From: an uncultured Heliomicrobium sp. | GTDB taxonomy: Bacteria > Acidobacteriota > Blastocatellia > RBC074 | Assembly: GCA_964603695.1 (NCBI GenBank) | Contig: CAZRXE010000825.1 | Span: forward strand, 30,642-94,641 | DNA: 64,000 bases | Direction: 5' to 3' | Shown: positions 50,359 to 59,315 of the stretch, piece by piece | Numbering within the stretch: the first letter of the stretch is position 1 | Layout: every line of letters starts with the position of its first letter | Translations under genes and position numbers: made by a program | The notes under the pieces: generated by a model | Seen by the model: the letters and a program-made list of their open reading frames with translations, nothing else | What the model was told of the DNA's origin: nothing | Databases searched by the model: none

Positions 50359-52782
50359 ATGCAAACCCTCTGGCAAGATCTGCGCTACGGCGCGCGAATG
50401 TTATTCAGGCAACCCGGCTTCACGCTGATTGCCGTGGTCACACTGGCGCTTGGCATTGGCGCGACGACGGCGCTTTTCAGCTTCGTTAATGGCCTGTTCT
50501 GGCGCGCCTTGCCTTACCGTGACGACGCGCGGCTGGTGACGCTGGGGCAGAGCAATCGGCAAACCGGCGTCGCACGCGAAGGCGTTGCGCCCGCCAACTT
50601 CCTGGATTGGCGAGCGCAGGCGCAGTCGTTTGAAGCACTCGCCGCCGCCGAACAATTTGGGTTCACGCTAACGGGCGTCGGCGAACCGGAAGTCTTTCGC
50701 GGCTGGGTGGTGACGAAAGGCTTCTTCGAGATTTTGGGAACGACGCCGGTCGCAGGCCGGACGCCGTTGCCGCGGGAATACGAACCGGGGAACGCGCAGG
50801 TCGTCGTGCTCAGTCATGGGTTGTGGCAGCGCCGCTTCGGCGGTGATCTACAAGTCATCGGGCGGCGGTTCACGTTCAACGACCAGCCTTTCACTGTCGT
50901 CGGGGTGATGCCGCCGGAGTTTCAGTATCCGCCTGGCCGCGAGGCGTCAGGCCTTGAACTGTGGGCACCGCGTCTTGACCGTCCGAGCGATCCGCAAATG
51001 CGCGGCGGCAGCCTGTTCCGTGTCATTGGGCGCTTGAAAGCCGGCGTCGCGCCTGAGCAGGCGCAACAAGAGATGAAAGGCATTGCCGCGCGTCTCGGTC
51101 AGCAGTATCCGCAAACCAATGCGGAAGTCGGCGCGGTTGTAGTGTCGTTGCGCGAACAACTGGTCGGGCACGTCCGGCTGGCTTCGTATGTGTTGCTGGG
51201 CGCGGTCAGTTTGGTGTTGCTGATTGCTTGCGCCAACGTCGCCGGATTGCTGATGACGCGCACGGCTGGGCGGCAACGTGAGTTTGCCTTGCGCGCCGCT
51301 TTGGGAGCGGGAAGCGGACGGTTGCGGCGGCAGTTACTGACGGAAAGTTTGTTGCTCGCGCTGCCCGGCGGGTTGCTGGGTACGCTGTTGGCAAGCTGGT
51401 TGATGACGGCGATGCTGGCGCTCAGCCCCGCCAATCTGCCGTTGACGCAAATCCGGCTTGACTGGCGTGTGCTGCTTTTCGCGCTGGGCATTTCCGTTTT
51501 GACGGCGGTGGTTTTCGGTTTGGCTCCGGGTTGGCAGGCAGCGCGCACCGATCTGCAAATGGCGTTGAAAGAAGGCGGGCGCACAGAAACCGCCGGACAC
51601 GGAAAGCAGCGGCTATGGCAAGCTCTGGTCGTGGCGGAAATCGCGATGGCGTTGATCGTGCTTACCGGCGCCGGATTGCTCGTTCGCAGCTTCAGCACCT
51701 TGCTCAATACCGATCCCGGTTTCACCGCTGCCGAAGGGCTGGCGTTGGAGATTCAATTGGGTCGCCGTCCCGCCGCCGAGCGTGTGGTTTTCTTCGATCA
51801 AGTGCTGGAAAAAGTGTCTGCGCTGCCGGGCGTCGAAGCCGTTGCGGTTTCCTCCGCGCTGCCCTTTCACGATAACCAGGTTCCGCTGCTGACTACACTC
51901 AGTCTGGCTGATCGTCCCGCCGCGTCCAATGGCAATGAACCGGCGGCGTATCTGATTCGCGTGACCGCAGGGTATTTTCGCGCGCTCGGCATCCCGCTGT
52001 TGCAAGGCCGTTTGTTCGCGCGGGAAGACCGGGGCGAGTCTGCCCCCGTCGCGCTCATCAATCAAACGCTGGCGCGTCGTTACTGGCCGAATGAATCTCC
52101 ACTGGGACGCAAGTTTTCGTTTACGGCGTCAGGACAAACCATGACGGCGGAGATCGTCGGCGTCGTCGGCGCGGTGCGGCCTACGGGTTTTGACAGCGAA
52201 CCGCGCCCGGAATTTTATCTGCACTACCCGCAATCGCCTGCGCCGCTGGCGACGCTGTTTGTCCGCACCGCCCACGCTCCTGCCTCGTTATTGCCCGGTG
52301 TCAAGGGGCGAATTCGAGAAGTGAATCCGCAGCAGGTTTTCCTGAGCGTCAACACGGTCGCACAACTCGTGGAGAAAACGCTGGCCGAACGGCGCTTCAA
52401 TCTGCTATGGCTCGGCGCGTTTGCGGCGCTCGCGCTTATTCTGGCAGCGATTGGTTTGTACGGCCTGCTCAGTTTTTCGACCGCGCGACGCACACAGGAA
52501 ATCGGTGTGCGTCTGGCGCTCGGCGCGCAGCCTGCCGATGTTTTGAAACTCGTCATCCGCGAGGGACTAACACTGGCTCTGATCGGCGTGGCCGTGGGAT
52601 TGGTCGCCGCCGCCGGATTGACCCGGCTGATGTCCAGTTTGCTCTTTGGCGTCAGCACTACTGACCCGCTGACGTTTGCAGCCATTGCGGTGTTTCTGCT
52701 GTTGGTGGCGCTCGTCGCTTGTTATCTGCCCGCGCGTCGCGCCACGAAGGTGGATCCAATGATTGCGCTTCGCTGTGAATGA
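50359..52782 (+). CDS. ADOP-family permease, paralog 2.
   Basis: '[35 protein letters not shown]'. C-terminal '[13 protein letters not shown]'. 10-nt spacer from paralog 1. Confidence 0.85.
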   Translation: MQTLWQDLRYGARMLFRQPGFTLIAVVTLALGIGATTALFSFVNGLFWRALPYRDDARLVTLGQSNRQTGVAREGVAPANFLDWRAQAQSFEALAAAEQFGFTLTGVGEPEVFRGWVVTKGFFEILGTTPVAGRTPLPREYEPGNAQVVVLSHGLWQRRFGGDLQVIGRRFTFNDQPFTVVGVMPPEFQYPPGREASGLELWAPRLDRPSDPQMRGGSLFRVIGRLKAGVAPEQAQQEMKGIAARLGQQYPQTNAEVGAVVVSLREQLVGHVRLASYVLLGAVSLVLLIACANVAGLLMTRTAGRQREFALRAALGAGSGRLRRQLLTESLLLALPGGLLGTLLASWLMTAMLALSPANLPLTQIRLDWRVLLFALGISVLTAVVFGLAPGWQAARTDLQMALKEGGRTETAGHGKQRLWQALVVAEIAMALIVLTGAGLLVRSFSTLLNTDPGFTAAEGLALEIQLGRRPAAERVVFFDQVLEKVSALPGVEAVAVSSALPFHDNQVPLLTTLSLADRPAASNGNEPAAYLIRVTAGYFRALGIPLLQGRLFAREDRGESAPVALINQTLARRYWPNESPLGRKFSFTASGQTMTAEIVGVVGAVRPTGFDSEPRPEFYLHYPQSPAPLATLFVRTAHAPASLLPGVKGRIREVNPQQVFLSVNTVAQLVEKTLAERRFNLLWLGAFAALALILAAIGLYGLLSFSTARRTQEIGVRLALGAQPADVLKLVIREGLTLALIGVAVGLVAAAGLTRLMSSLLFGVSTTDPLTFAAIAVFLLLVALVACYLPARRATKVDPMIALRCE

Positions 52783-52886
52783 TGAACGCCGAACGATGGA
52801 CGCGGAATCATGGAAGCTGTGCGCCGACGAATGGGTTTTATTCATCGCTCATCGTTCATCCTTCCTCGTTTTTTTGGGAGAACTTT

Positions 52887-55340
52887 ATGCAAACCCTTTT
52901 CCAAGACCTGCGCTATGGTGCGCGTATGCTGCGCAAGCAGCCGGGCTTTACGCTCATCGCTGTGTTGACGCTGGCGCTGGGCATCGGCGCGAACACGACC
53001 ATTTTCAGTCTGGCGAATGCAGTGTTGCTGCGGCCTTTGCCGGTGGCGGAGCCGGAGCGCGTAATGAGTGTCTATTCCGTCGCGGCGGACGGCACGCGCT
53101 CCGGGCGGTTTTCGTGGCTGGATTTTGCCGACTACCGCGCGCAGAACGCAGCCTTCGCGGGCCTGAGCGCGCAAATGCAAACCTTGCTGATGCTCGGCGC
53201 GGGCGAGCAGGCGGAACCGATCTTCGGCGAAGTGGCGGACGGCCATTACTTCGCGTTGCTCGGCGTCAACGCGGCGCTCGGTCGCACGTTCACACCGGAC
53301 GATGACAAAACCAGCGCGAACCGCGTGGCCGTCATCAGCTTCACGCTGTGGCAAAGGCGCTTCGCGGGCGATCCGGCGGTGATCGGCCAAACGATTCACC
53401 TGAATGGCGTAGCGTTCACGATCATCGGCGTGGCGAAAGCGGGCTACACGGGAACACGCGTCGTGCCGCCCGTCGAAGCCTGGGTGCCGTTGCAACAAAG
53501 CGGGACGTGGCTGGGCGCGGATTGGCAAACGAATCGCGCGCAAGCCGCATTGCAAGTGACCGGTCGCTTGCAACCGGGCGTGAGCCGCGCGCAGGCACAA
53601 GCCGCGCTGCAAACCATCGCGCAACGCCTCGCGCAAACTTATCCCGCGCGTAACAACCCAACCGGCGCGGCTCCGCGCATCGAGCTTGAACGCACCTCGT
53701 TAGCCGAGGGGCGGCGGCGCACGCTGATCTCCGCGTTTGTGGCCTTGCTGTTGGCCGTGACGGGACTCGTGTTGTTGCTAGCCTGCGCGAATGTGGCGAA
53801 CCTGTTGCTGGTGCGCGCGGCGGGGCGACGGCGCGAAATGGCGGTGCGCCAGGCGCTCGGCGCCAGTCGTTGGCGCTTGTTGCGACAAGCCGTCACCGAA
53901 GGCGTGTTGCTCGCTTTGCCGGGCGGTTTGCTGGGCGTGGCATTGTCGCTATATGCGGGGAACTGGCTTTCCGATGTCAGCCCGATTCCGACGTTTCGCC
54001 TGCAATTCGATTTGAGCGTAGACCGGCGCGTGCTCGTCTTTTCGCTGCTGCTATCGCTGTTGACGGGCGTGGTGTTGAGCGTCGCACCGGCGCTGCAATT
54101 CGGTAAACCGGAACTGGTAGCGGCGCTGAAAGACGATGCGCGCAGCGGCGGCAATCCACACAAAGCGCGGTTGCGCAACTTCCTCGTTGTGGCGCAAACG
54201 GCGATTTCGCTGTTGTTGTTGATCGGCGCGGGACTGTTGTTGCGCAGTCTGCAAAATATGCAATCCGCGTCGCCCGGCTTCGATCCGAACAATGTCGTGG
54301 CGCTGGATTTCGATTTGTCGCCAAAGGGCTTCAACGAAGAGCAGGGGCAACGCTACTTCCAAACGATGCGCGAACGCATCGCGCGCCTGCCCGGCGTCGA
54401 AGCCGTCAGCCTGAGCAATCGCGCGCCGCTCGACATTTCCACGCCGACGGCCGGTGTGCAGATCGCAGGCCATTTTCCGCCGCCGGGCCGCATGGACATT
54501 CCGCTCTCGTTTTATCGCATCACTCCGGGTTACTTTCAGACGTTGAAAATACCTCTGGCGCAGGGGCGCGATTTCAGCGAGCGCGACCACGCCAGTGCGC
54601 CGCGCGTGGCGGTCATCAACGAAACGATGGCGCGCCGTTACTGGCCGGGCGTGGACGCGCTGGGCCAACGATTTCGGCTCACGGCGAAAAGCGCGAACCA
54701 GGAAATCGAAATCATCGGCATTGCCAAAGACGCGAAATATCGCACGCTCGGCGAAGAGCCGACGCCGCTGGCGTATTTGCCGTTCGCGCAAAATTACGAT
54801 GAAGGGATGACCCTGCTCGTTCGCGCGACAGCCGCGTCAGAACAGGTAATGCGTGCCGTACGCGGCGAACTTCTGGCCTTCGACCAGAACGCGCAAGGCT
54901 TCTTTGCGCGCACGATGCACGAACACATGGCAGTCGTGATTGCGCCCGGCCAAATCGCGGCGGCGATCATCGGTCTGTCCGGCGTGATTGCGCTGCTGCT
55001 CGCGGCGCTGGGTTTATACGGTGTGATGGCGTATGCGGTCAGCCAGCGCCTGCCGGAGCTGGGCCTTCGGCTGGCGCTGGGCGCACAGGCGCGCGACATT
55101 TACCGGCTGATTCTCGGACAAGGCGTGCGGCTGGCGTTGCTCGGCATTGGCGCGGGCTGGCTGGCGGCAGCGGGATTGACGCGCTTTTTGGCGAGCCTGT
55201 TGTTCGGCGTAAGCGCGCTTGACCCGCTGGTGTTCGCAGGCGTCGCGTTGCTGTTGGCGTTGGTCGCGGCTCTGGCCTGTTGGCTGCCCGCACGACGCGC
55301 AACGAAAATTGATCCGCTGATGGCGCTTCGCACGGAATAG
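52887..55340 (+). CDS. ADOP-family permease, paralog 3.
   Basis: '[21 protein letters not shown]'. The ATG at 52887 follows 'GGGAG'. The ORF-track start at 52779 overlaps paralog 2. Confidence 0.85.
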   Translation: MQTLFQDLRYGARMLRKQPGFTLIAVLTLALGIGANTTIFSLANAVLLRPLPVAEPERVMSVYSVAADGTRSGRFSWLDFADYRAQNAAFAGLSAQMQTLLMLGAGEQAEPIFGEVADGHYFALLGVNAALGRTFTPDDDKTSANRVAVISFTLWQRRFAGDPAVIGQTIHLNGVAFTIIGVAKAGYTGTRVVPPVEAWVPLQQSGTWLGADWQTNRAQAALQVTGRLQPGVSRAQAQAALQTIAQRLAQTYPARNNPTGAAPRIELERTSLAEGRRRTLISAFVALLLAVTGLVLLLACANVANLLLVRAAGRRREMAVRQALGASRWRLLRQAVTEGVLLALPGGLLGVALSLYAGNWLSDVSPIPTFRLQFDLSVDRRVLVFSLLLSLLTGVVLSVAPALQFGKPELVAALKDDARSGGNPHKARLRNFLVVAQTAISLLLLIGAGLLLRSLQNMQSASPGFDPNNVVALDFDLSPKGFNEEQGQRYFQTMRERIARLPGVEAVSLSNRAPLDISTPTAGVQIAGHFPPPGRMDIPLSFYRITPGYFQTLKIPLAQGRDFSERDHASAPRVAVINETMARRYWPGVDALGQRFRLTAKSANQEIEIIGIAKDAKYRTLGEEPTPLAYLPFAQNYDEGMTLLVRATAASEQVMRAVRGELLAFDQNAQGFFARTMHEHMAVVIAPGQIAAAIIGLSGVIALLLAALGLYGVMAYAVSQRLPELGLRLALGAQARDIYRLILGQGVRLALLGIGAGWLAAAGLTRFLASLLFGVSALDPLVFAGVALLLALVAALACWLPARRATKIDPLMALRTE

Positions 55341-55349
55341 GAAAAATCT

Positions 55350-57758
55350 ATGCAAACTCTTTGGCAAGACCTGCGCTACGGCGCACGAATGTTGGTGAAG
55401 CAACCCGGCTTCACACTGATTGCCGTTGTCACGCTCGCGCTTGGTATCGGCGCGACGACAGCGATTTTCAGCGTGGTCAATGGCGTGTTGCTGCGTCCGC
55501 TGGCGTTCACCGAGCCGCAGCAGTTAGTCCGCCTCTGGGAGACCAATCAGGACAAAGGCGGCGCGCACGAAATGACTTCGCTCTCGAACCTGCGCGATTG
55601 GCAAAGCCGCAATCAATCGTTCGCGGGCATCGCCGCGTGGCAACGCCTCAGTTCGCTCACCCTGACGGGGCAAACGCCTGCTGTGGAACTGACCGCGAGT
55701 TTGGTGACGACGGATTTCTTCGCCTTGCTCGGCGTGCAGCCGGTGCTCGGCAGAACCTTCACCGCCGCAGAAAGTCAGCCCGGCCATACGCGCGTCGCGG
55801 TGCTGAGCCATGCGCTTTGGCAGCAACTCGGCGCACCCGCACAACTCACGACGATTCAATTGGAAAAGACCGAGTTTCAACTCATCGGCGTGCTGCCCCC
55901 GGAGTTCCAAAGCCCTGCGGGCGCAGCCGACCTCTGGCTGCCGATGCGCTTCACGCCCAATGAAATTGATCGCGGGCAAACCTATTTGTCGGCGCTCGCG
56001 CGCTTGCAACCCGGCGTCACGCAGACGCAGGCGCAGAGCGAATTGGACGGCATCGCGGCGCAACTGGCGCGGGAATATCCGGCCAGCAATCGCGGGCGCG
56101 GTCTGGTGCTGGTGTCGTTGCTGGACGAAACCGTCGGACACGTGCGTCCGGCCTTGTGGCTGGTGTTCGTGGCGGTGGCGCTGTTGCTGTTGCTGGCCTG
56201 CGCGAACACCGCGAATCTGTTGCTGGTGCGTGCGGCAGGACGCCGCCGTGAATTGGCCGTGCGGCAGGCGCTGGGCGCGGCGCGCGGGCGCATCGTGCGG
56301 CAACTGGTGACGGAAAGTTTGCTGCTGTTTGCGGCAGGCGGCGCGGGCGGATTACTGGTTGCGAATGGGTCGCTCAAGCTGCTGCGCGTCCTGAGTCCGG
56401 TGAATCTGCCGCGCATGAATGAAGTCGTGATGGATGCGACAGCGCTGCTGTTTGCGGCAGGCGCGGCGTTGGTAACCGGTCTCGTCTTCGGCCTCGCACC
56501 CGCGTTTTTCAGCAGCGTCACCGATCTTAACCTGGCGCTGAAAGCGGGACAGCGCAACGCCACGCGCGGACGCGGCGAACAGCGATTGCAGCAGGGCTTA
56601 GTCGTCTCGCAACTGGCGCTGGCCTGCGTGCTGCTGACGGGAGCGGGCTTGCTGGTCAGAAGTTATGCGCGCCTCGGCGCAGTCCCGCCGGGTTTCGAGC
56701 CGCACAATTTACTGGTGGTGCGCGCGCAACTGGATAACGAATACCGCGAGCAGCGGCGCGAGGTCGCCTACTTCCGCACCTTGACCGAACGCTTGCGCGC
56801 GCTGCCAGGTGTACGTGAGGCGGGCGCGGCCACCGTGCTGCCGCTCAATCCGGTCGGCATTGATTTTGATGTTCCCTGGCAGAGCGGCGGCGCAACCGAC
56901 CCGTCGCGCGCCAATGCGCCAAAGGCACGCTTCCGCGCGGCGACGCCGGACTATTTGCAAACCATCGGCGCGCCGTTGTTGCGCGGCAGAAGCTTTTCCG
57001 AACTCGATGACAACAACGCGCCGCGCGTCGTCATCATCAATCAAACCTTAGCCGCACAAGCGTGGCCGGGCGAGAATCCGATTGGCAAACCACTGCGCTT
57101 TCACTGGGCAGATTGGCAAAGCTACGAAGTCGTGGGCGTCGTCGGCGATATGAAATCGTATGGCCTGGCGGCACCAACACGCGCGGAACTTTTCGTGCCG
57201 CACGCACAAATTCCGTACACGGTGATGAATGTCGTGGTGCGCACCACTCAGGATGCGGCGCAGGTTGCCCCCGACGTGCGCCGCGTGATGCTGGAACTGG
57301 ATGCCGCGCAGCCGCCAAACAGCATCGTCACGATGAATGAATTGTTCGCCGCCGCGCTGGCGCGCGAACGGTTCGCCCGCACGTTGCTCGAAATCCTGGC
57401 AGGACTGGCGCTCGCGCTGGCGGCGGTGGGCGTGTACGGCGTGCTGGCATTCGCCGTGACGCAACGTACGCCGGAAATCGGCTTGCGCGTGGCGCTGGGC
57501 GCTGGGCGCGCGGACGTGCTGCGACTGTTTCTTGCGCAGGCTCTGAAACTGTCGTTGCTCGGCGTCGCCATCGCGCTGCTTGTTTCTCTGGCGCTGGCGC
57601 GTTTGGCGCAAGGTCTGTTGTTCGGCATCAGAGCGACCGACCCGCTCACGCTGGTGGCCGCCGTGCTGCTAACGGTGCTGGTGGCGTTGCTGGGGTGCTG
57701 GCTGCCGGCACGGCGCGCGCTGAAAGTTGACCCGCTGGTTGCGCTGCGGACGGAATAG
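55350..57758 (+). CDS. ADOP-family permease, paralog 4.
   Basis: '[21 protein letters not shown]'. C-terminal '[13 protein letters not shown]'. The spacer 'AGGAAAAATCTATG' is identical in form to the one before paralog 2. Confidence 0.85.
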   Translation: MQTLWQDLRYGARMLVKQPGFTLIAVVTLALGIGATTAIFSVVNGVLLRPLAFTEPQQLVRLWETNQDKGGAHEMTSLSNLRDWQSRNQSFAGIAAWQRLSSLTLTGQTPAVELTASLVTTDFFALLGVQPVLGRTFTAAESQPGHTRVAVLSHALWQQLGAPAQLTTIQLEKTEFQLIGVLPPEFQSPAGAADLWLPMRFTPNEIDRGQTYLSALARLQPGVTQTQAQSELDGIAAQLAREYPASNRGRGLVLVSLLDETVGHVRPALWLVFVAVALLLLLACANTANLLLVRAAGRRRELAVRQALGAARGRIVRQLVTESLLLFAAGGAGGLLVANGSLKLLRVLSPVNLPRMNEVVMDATALLFAAGAALVTGLVFGLAPAFFSSVTDLNLALKAGQRNATRGRGEQRLQQGLVVSQLALACVLLTGAGLLVRSYARLGAVPPGFEPHNLLVVRAQLDNEYREQRREVAYFRTLTERLRALPGVREAGAATVLPLNPVGIDFDVPWQSGGATDPSRANAPKARFRAATPDYLQTIGAPLLRGRSFSELDDNNAPRVVIINQTLAAQAWPGENPIGKPLRFHWADWQSYEVVGVVGDMKSYGLAAPTRAELFVPHAQIPYTVMNVVVRTTQDAAQVAPDVRRVMLELDAAQPPNSIVTMNELFAAALARERFARTLLEILAGLALALAAVGVYGVLAFAVTQRTPEIGLRVALGAGRADVLRLFLAQALKLSLLGVAIALLVSLALARLAQGLLFGIRATDPLTLVAAVLLTVLVALLGCWLPARRALKVDPLVALRTE

Positions 57759-57881
57759 CAACCAGAGAACCCAGACTCTTACTTCGTAGCAGCAAAGCAA
57801 GTGACCAGCGCTGGCTTTGCCGTTCAACCGTTCACTCATCTATAAGGCATCTATCAGGCATCTATCAGGAGACAAACAACC

Positions 57882-58448
57882 ATGACCGATTTGGCGAAAG
57901 CGCGCGCCACGCAACTGGCGAACATCGAAAAACGCAGCGGGAAATCATTGACCGAACTCGACGCCTTCATCCGCGCCAGCGGCTTAAGCAAGCACGGCGA
58001 GATCCGTGACATGCTCAAACGCGAGCTTGGCCTCGGCCACGGCGACGCCAATGCACTGACCCATCACGTACTCAACGCAGGTGAATCGAGTACGGCCGAT
58101 GCCGGTACTGAAGACGCCATCGCCGGATTTTATGCGGGCGCGAAGGCGGCGCTGCGACCGATTCACGACCGGCTGATGCAGGAAATTAACCAGTTCGGCG
58201 AATTCGAGGTCGCGCCGAAAAAGACCTACGTGAGTCTGCGTCGCAAAAAACAGTTTGCAATGATCGGGCCGGCGACCAATACGCAGGTGGAAGTCGGCTT
58301 GAACATGAAAGACGTCACGCCGACCTCGCGCCTGATCGAGCAGCCGCCCAAAAGCATGTGCAATTACAAAGTCCGGCTCGCCAGCGTGGCCGAAGTGGAT
58401 GCCGCGCTCGTGGGCTGGCTCAGGCAGGCGTACGACTGCGCCGGATAG
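57882..58448 (+). CDS. DUF4287/DUF5655-type hypothetical protein.
   Basis: 'ANIEKRSGKSLTELDAFIRASGLSKHGEIRDMLKRELGLGHGDANALTHHVL' matches the DUF4287 N-terminal pattern. Confidence 0.6.
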   Translation: MTDLAKARATQLANIEKRSGKSLTELDAFIRASGLSKHGEIRDMLKRELGLGHGDANALTHHVLNAGESSTADAGTEDAIAGFYAGAKAALRPIHDRLMQEINQFGEFEVAPKKTYVSLRRKKQFAMIGPATNTQVEVGLNMKDVTPTSRLIEQPPKSMCNYKVRLASVAEVDAALVGWLRQAYDCAG

Positions 58449-58678
58449 TTGCAGGCGGGCGTGAAAGAACTCCGGTTGGCCGTTCGGCGGCTGGGGCAAC
58501 TTAAGTGAACAACAAAATTCGTCACGGGCTGGCCGCGCTGGCGCTGAGCCAGTTTTGTCTGCCAGTCGCCTTCGCGCAAAGCACGAACGCCGGTGCGGCG
58601 ACATCGAATGCCACGCCGCCGGAACGTATCGCCATTCACCTTGCCTAATAGAAGCGCTCGCGGGTTGGCGTACAGATC

Positions 58679-58894
58679 GTGGGCCAATTACCGCCGCCGG
58701 GACGCACGGACATTCCGCTATCGTTTTACCGCATCACGCCCGACTATTTTCGGACGATGAAAATACCGCTTGTGCAAGGCCGCGATTTCAGCGAGTACGA
58801 CAACGCCTTGTCGCCGCGCGTAGCCATCATCAACGAAACGATGGCGCGCCGCGCGACGCAGGTAGGCCCGCGCAGCGCTTTGCGTTCGGAGTAG
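58679..58894 (+). pseudogene. Decayed ADOP permease remnant: an internal segment fused to a C-terminal stub.
   Basis: '[51 protein letters not shown]' is about 75-80% identical to residues in paralog 3 (54471-54650). The trailing 'ALRSE' mimics the family C-terminus. A signal-peptide stub with no downstream gene lies upstream at 58506-58650. Confidence 0.6.
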
Positions 58895-58905
58895 GCTGCT
58901 TTCCC

Positions 58906-58946
58906 TTGACAATCTAAAAGTCAAAGCGCATCCTCTCTACTAGATT
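58906..58946 (+). promoter_or_regulatory. PadR promoter/operator: TTGACA overlapping the palindrome AATCTAAAAG-N20-CTAGATT.
   Basis: It shares 'TTGACAATCTA(C)AAAAG ... TAGATTA(G/T)CTA' with the 44005-44060 element. SD 'AAAGGAG' lies before the GTG at 58966. Confidence 0.4.
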
Positions 58947-58965
58947 AGCTAAAGGAGCATCACTC

Positions 58966-59298
58966 GTGACGAAAAAGAAACCAGATCTGCTGCAAGGCAC
59001 ACTCGACCTATTGATTCTGAAGACGCTGGCGCTGGCACCGATGCACGGCTGGGGCATCACGCAGCGGCTGCAACAGATTTCCGGCGGCGTACTCAACGTC
59101 AATCAAGGCTCGCTGTATCCGGCGCTCTACCGGCTGGAAGAGCAGGGTTGGATCAAGGCTTCGTGGGACGTGTCGGACAATAATCGCCAAGCCAAGTATT
59201 ACGAACTCACCCGCGCCGGGCGCAAACAACTGGAAGCGGAAACCCAGCACTGGGAGCGGCTCTCAACCGCCGTGCGGCAAGTGTTGGAAGCAAGCTAA
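58966..59298 (+). CDS. PadR-family transcriptional regulator.
   Basis: 'GTLDLLILKTLALAPMHGWGITQRLQQISGGVLNVNQGSLYPALYRLEEQGWI' winged-HTH signature. It is followed by an ADOP permease, the typical pairing. Confidence 0.85.
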   Translation: MTKKKPDLLQGTLDLLILKTLALAPMHGWGITQRLQQISGGVLNVNQGSLYPALYRLEEQGWIKASWDVSDNNRQAKYYELTRAGRKQLEAETQHWERLSTAVRQVLEAS

Positions 59299-59315
59299 GG
59301 CAAGAGGAATCCGTT

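Noticed and set aside
52779-52886. Upstream extension of ADOP paralog 3 ('[12 protein letters not shown]..').
   Set aside because: It would overlap the stop of paralog 2. The conserved family N-terminus '[15 protein letters not shown]' starts at 52887 behind 'GGGAG'.
57760-57881. Direct repeat 'CATCTATCAGG' x2 upstream of the DUF4287 gene.
   Set aside because: It is only two 11-bp copies, adjacent to the RBS region. This is too little to call a regulatory site or a repeat family.
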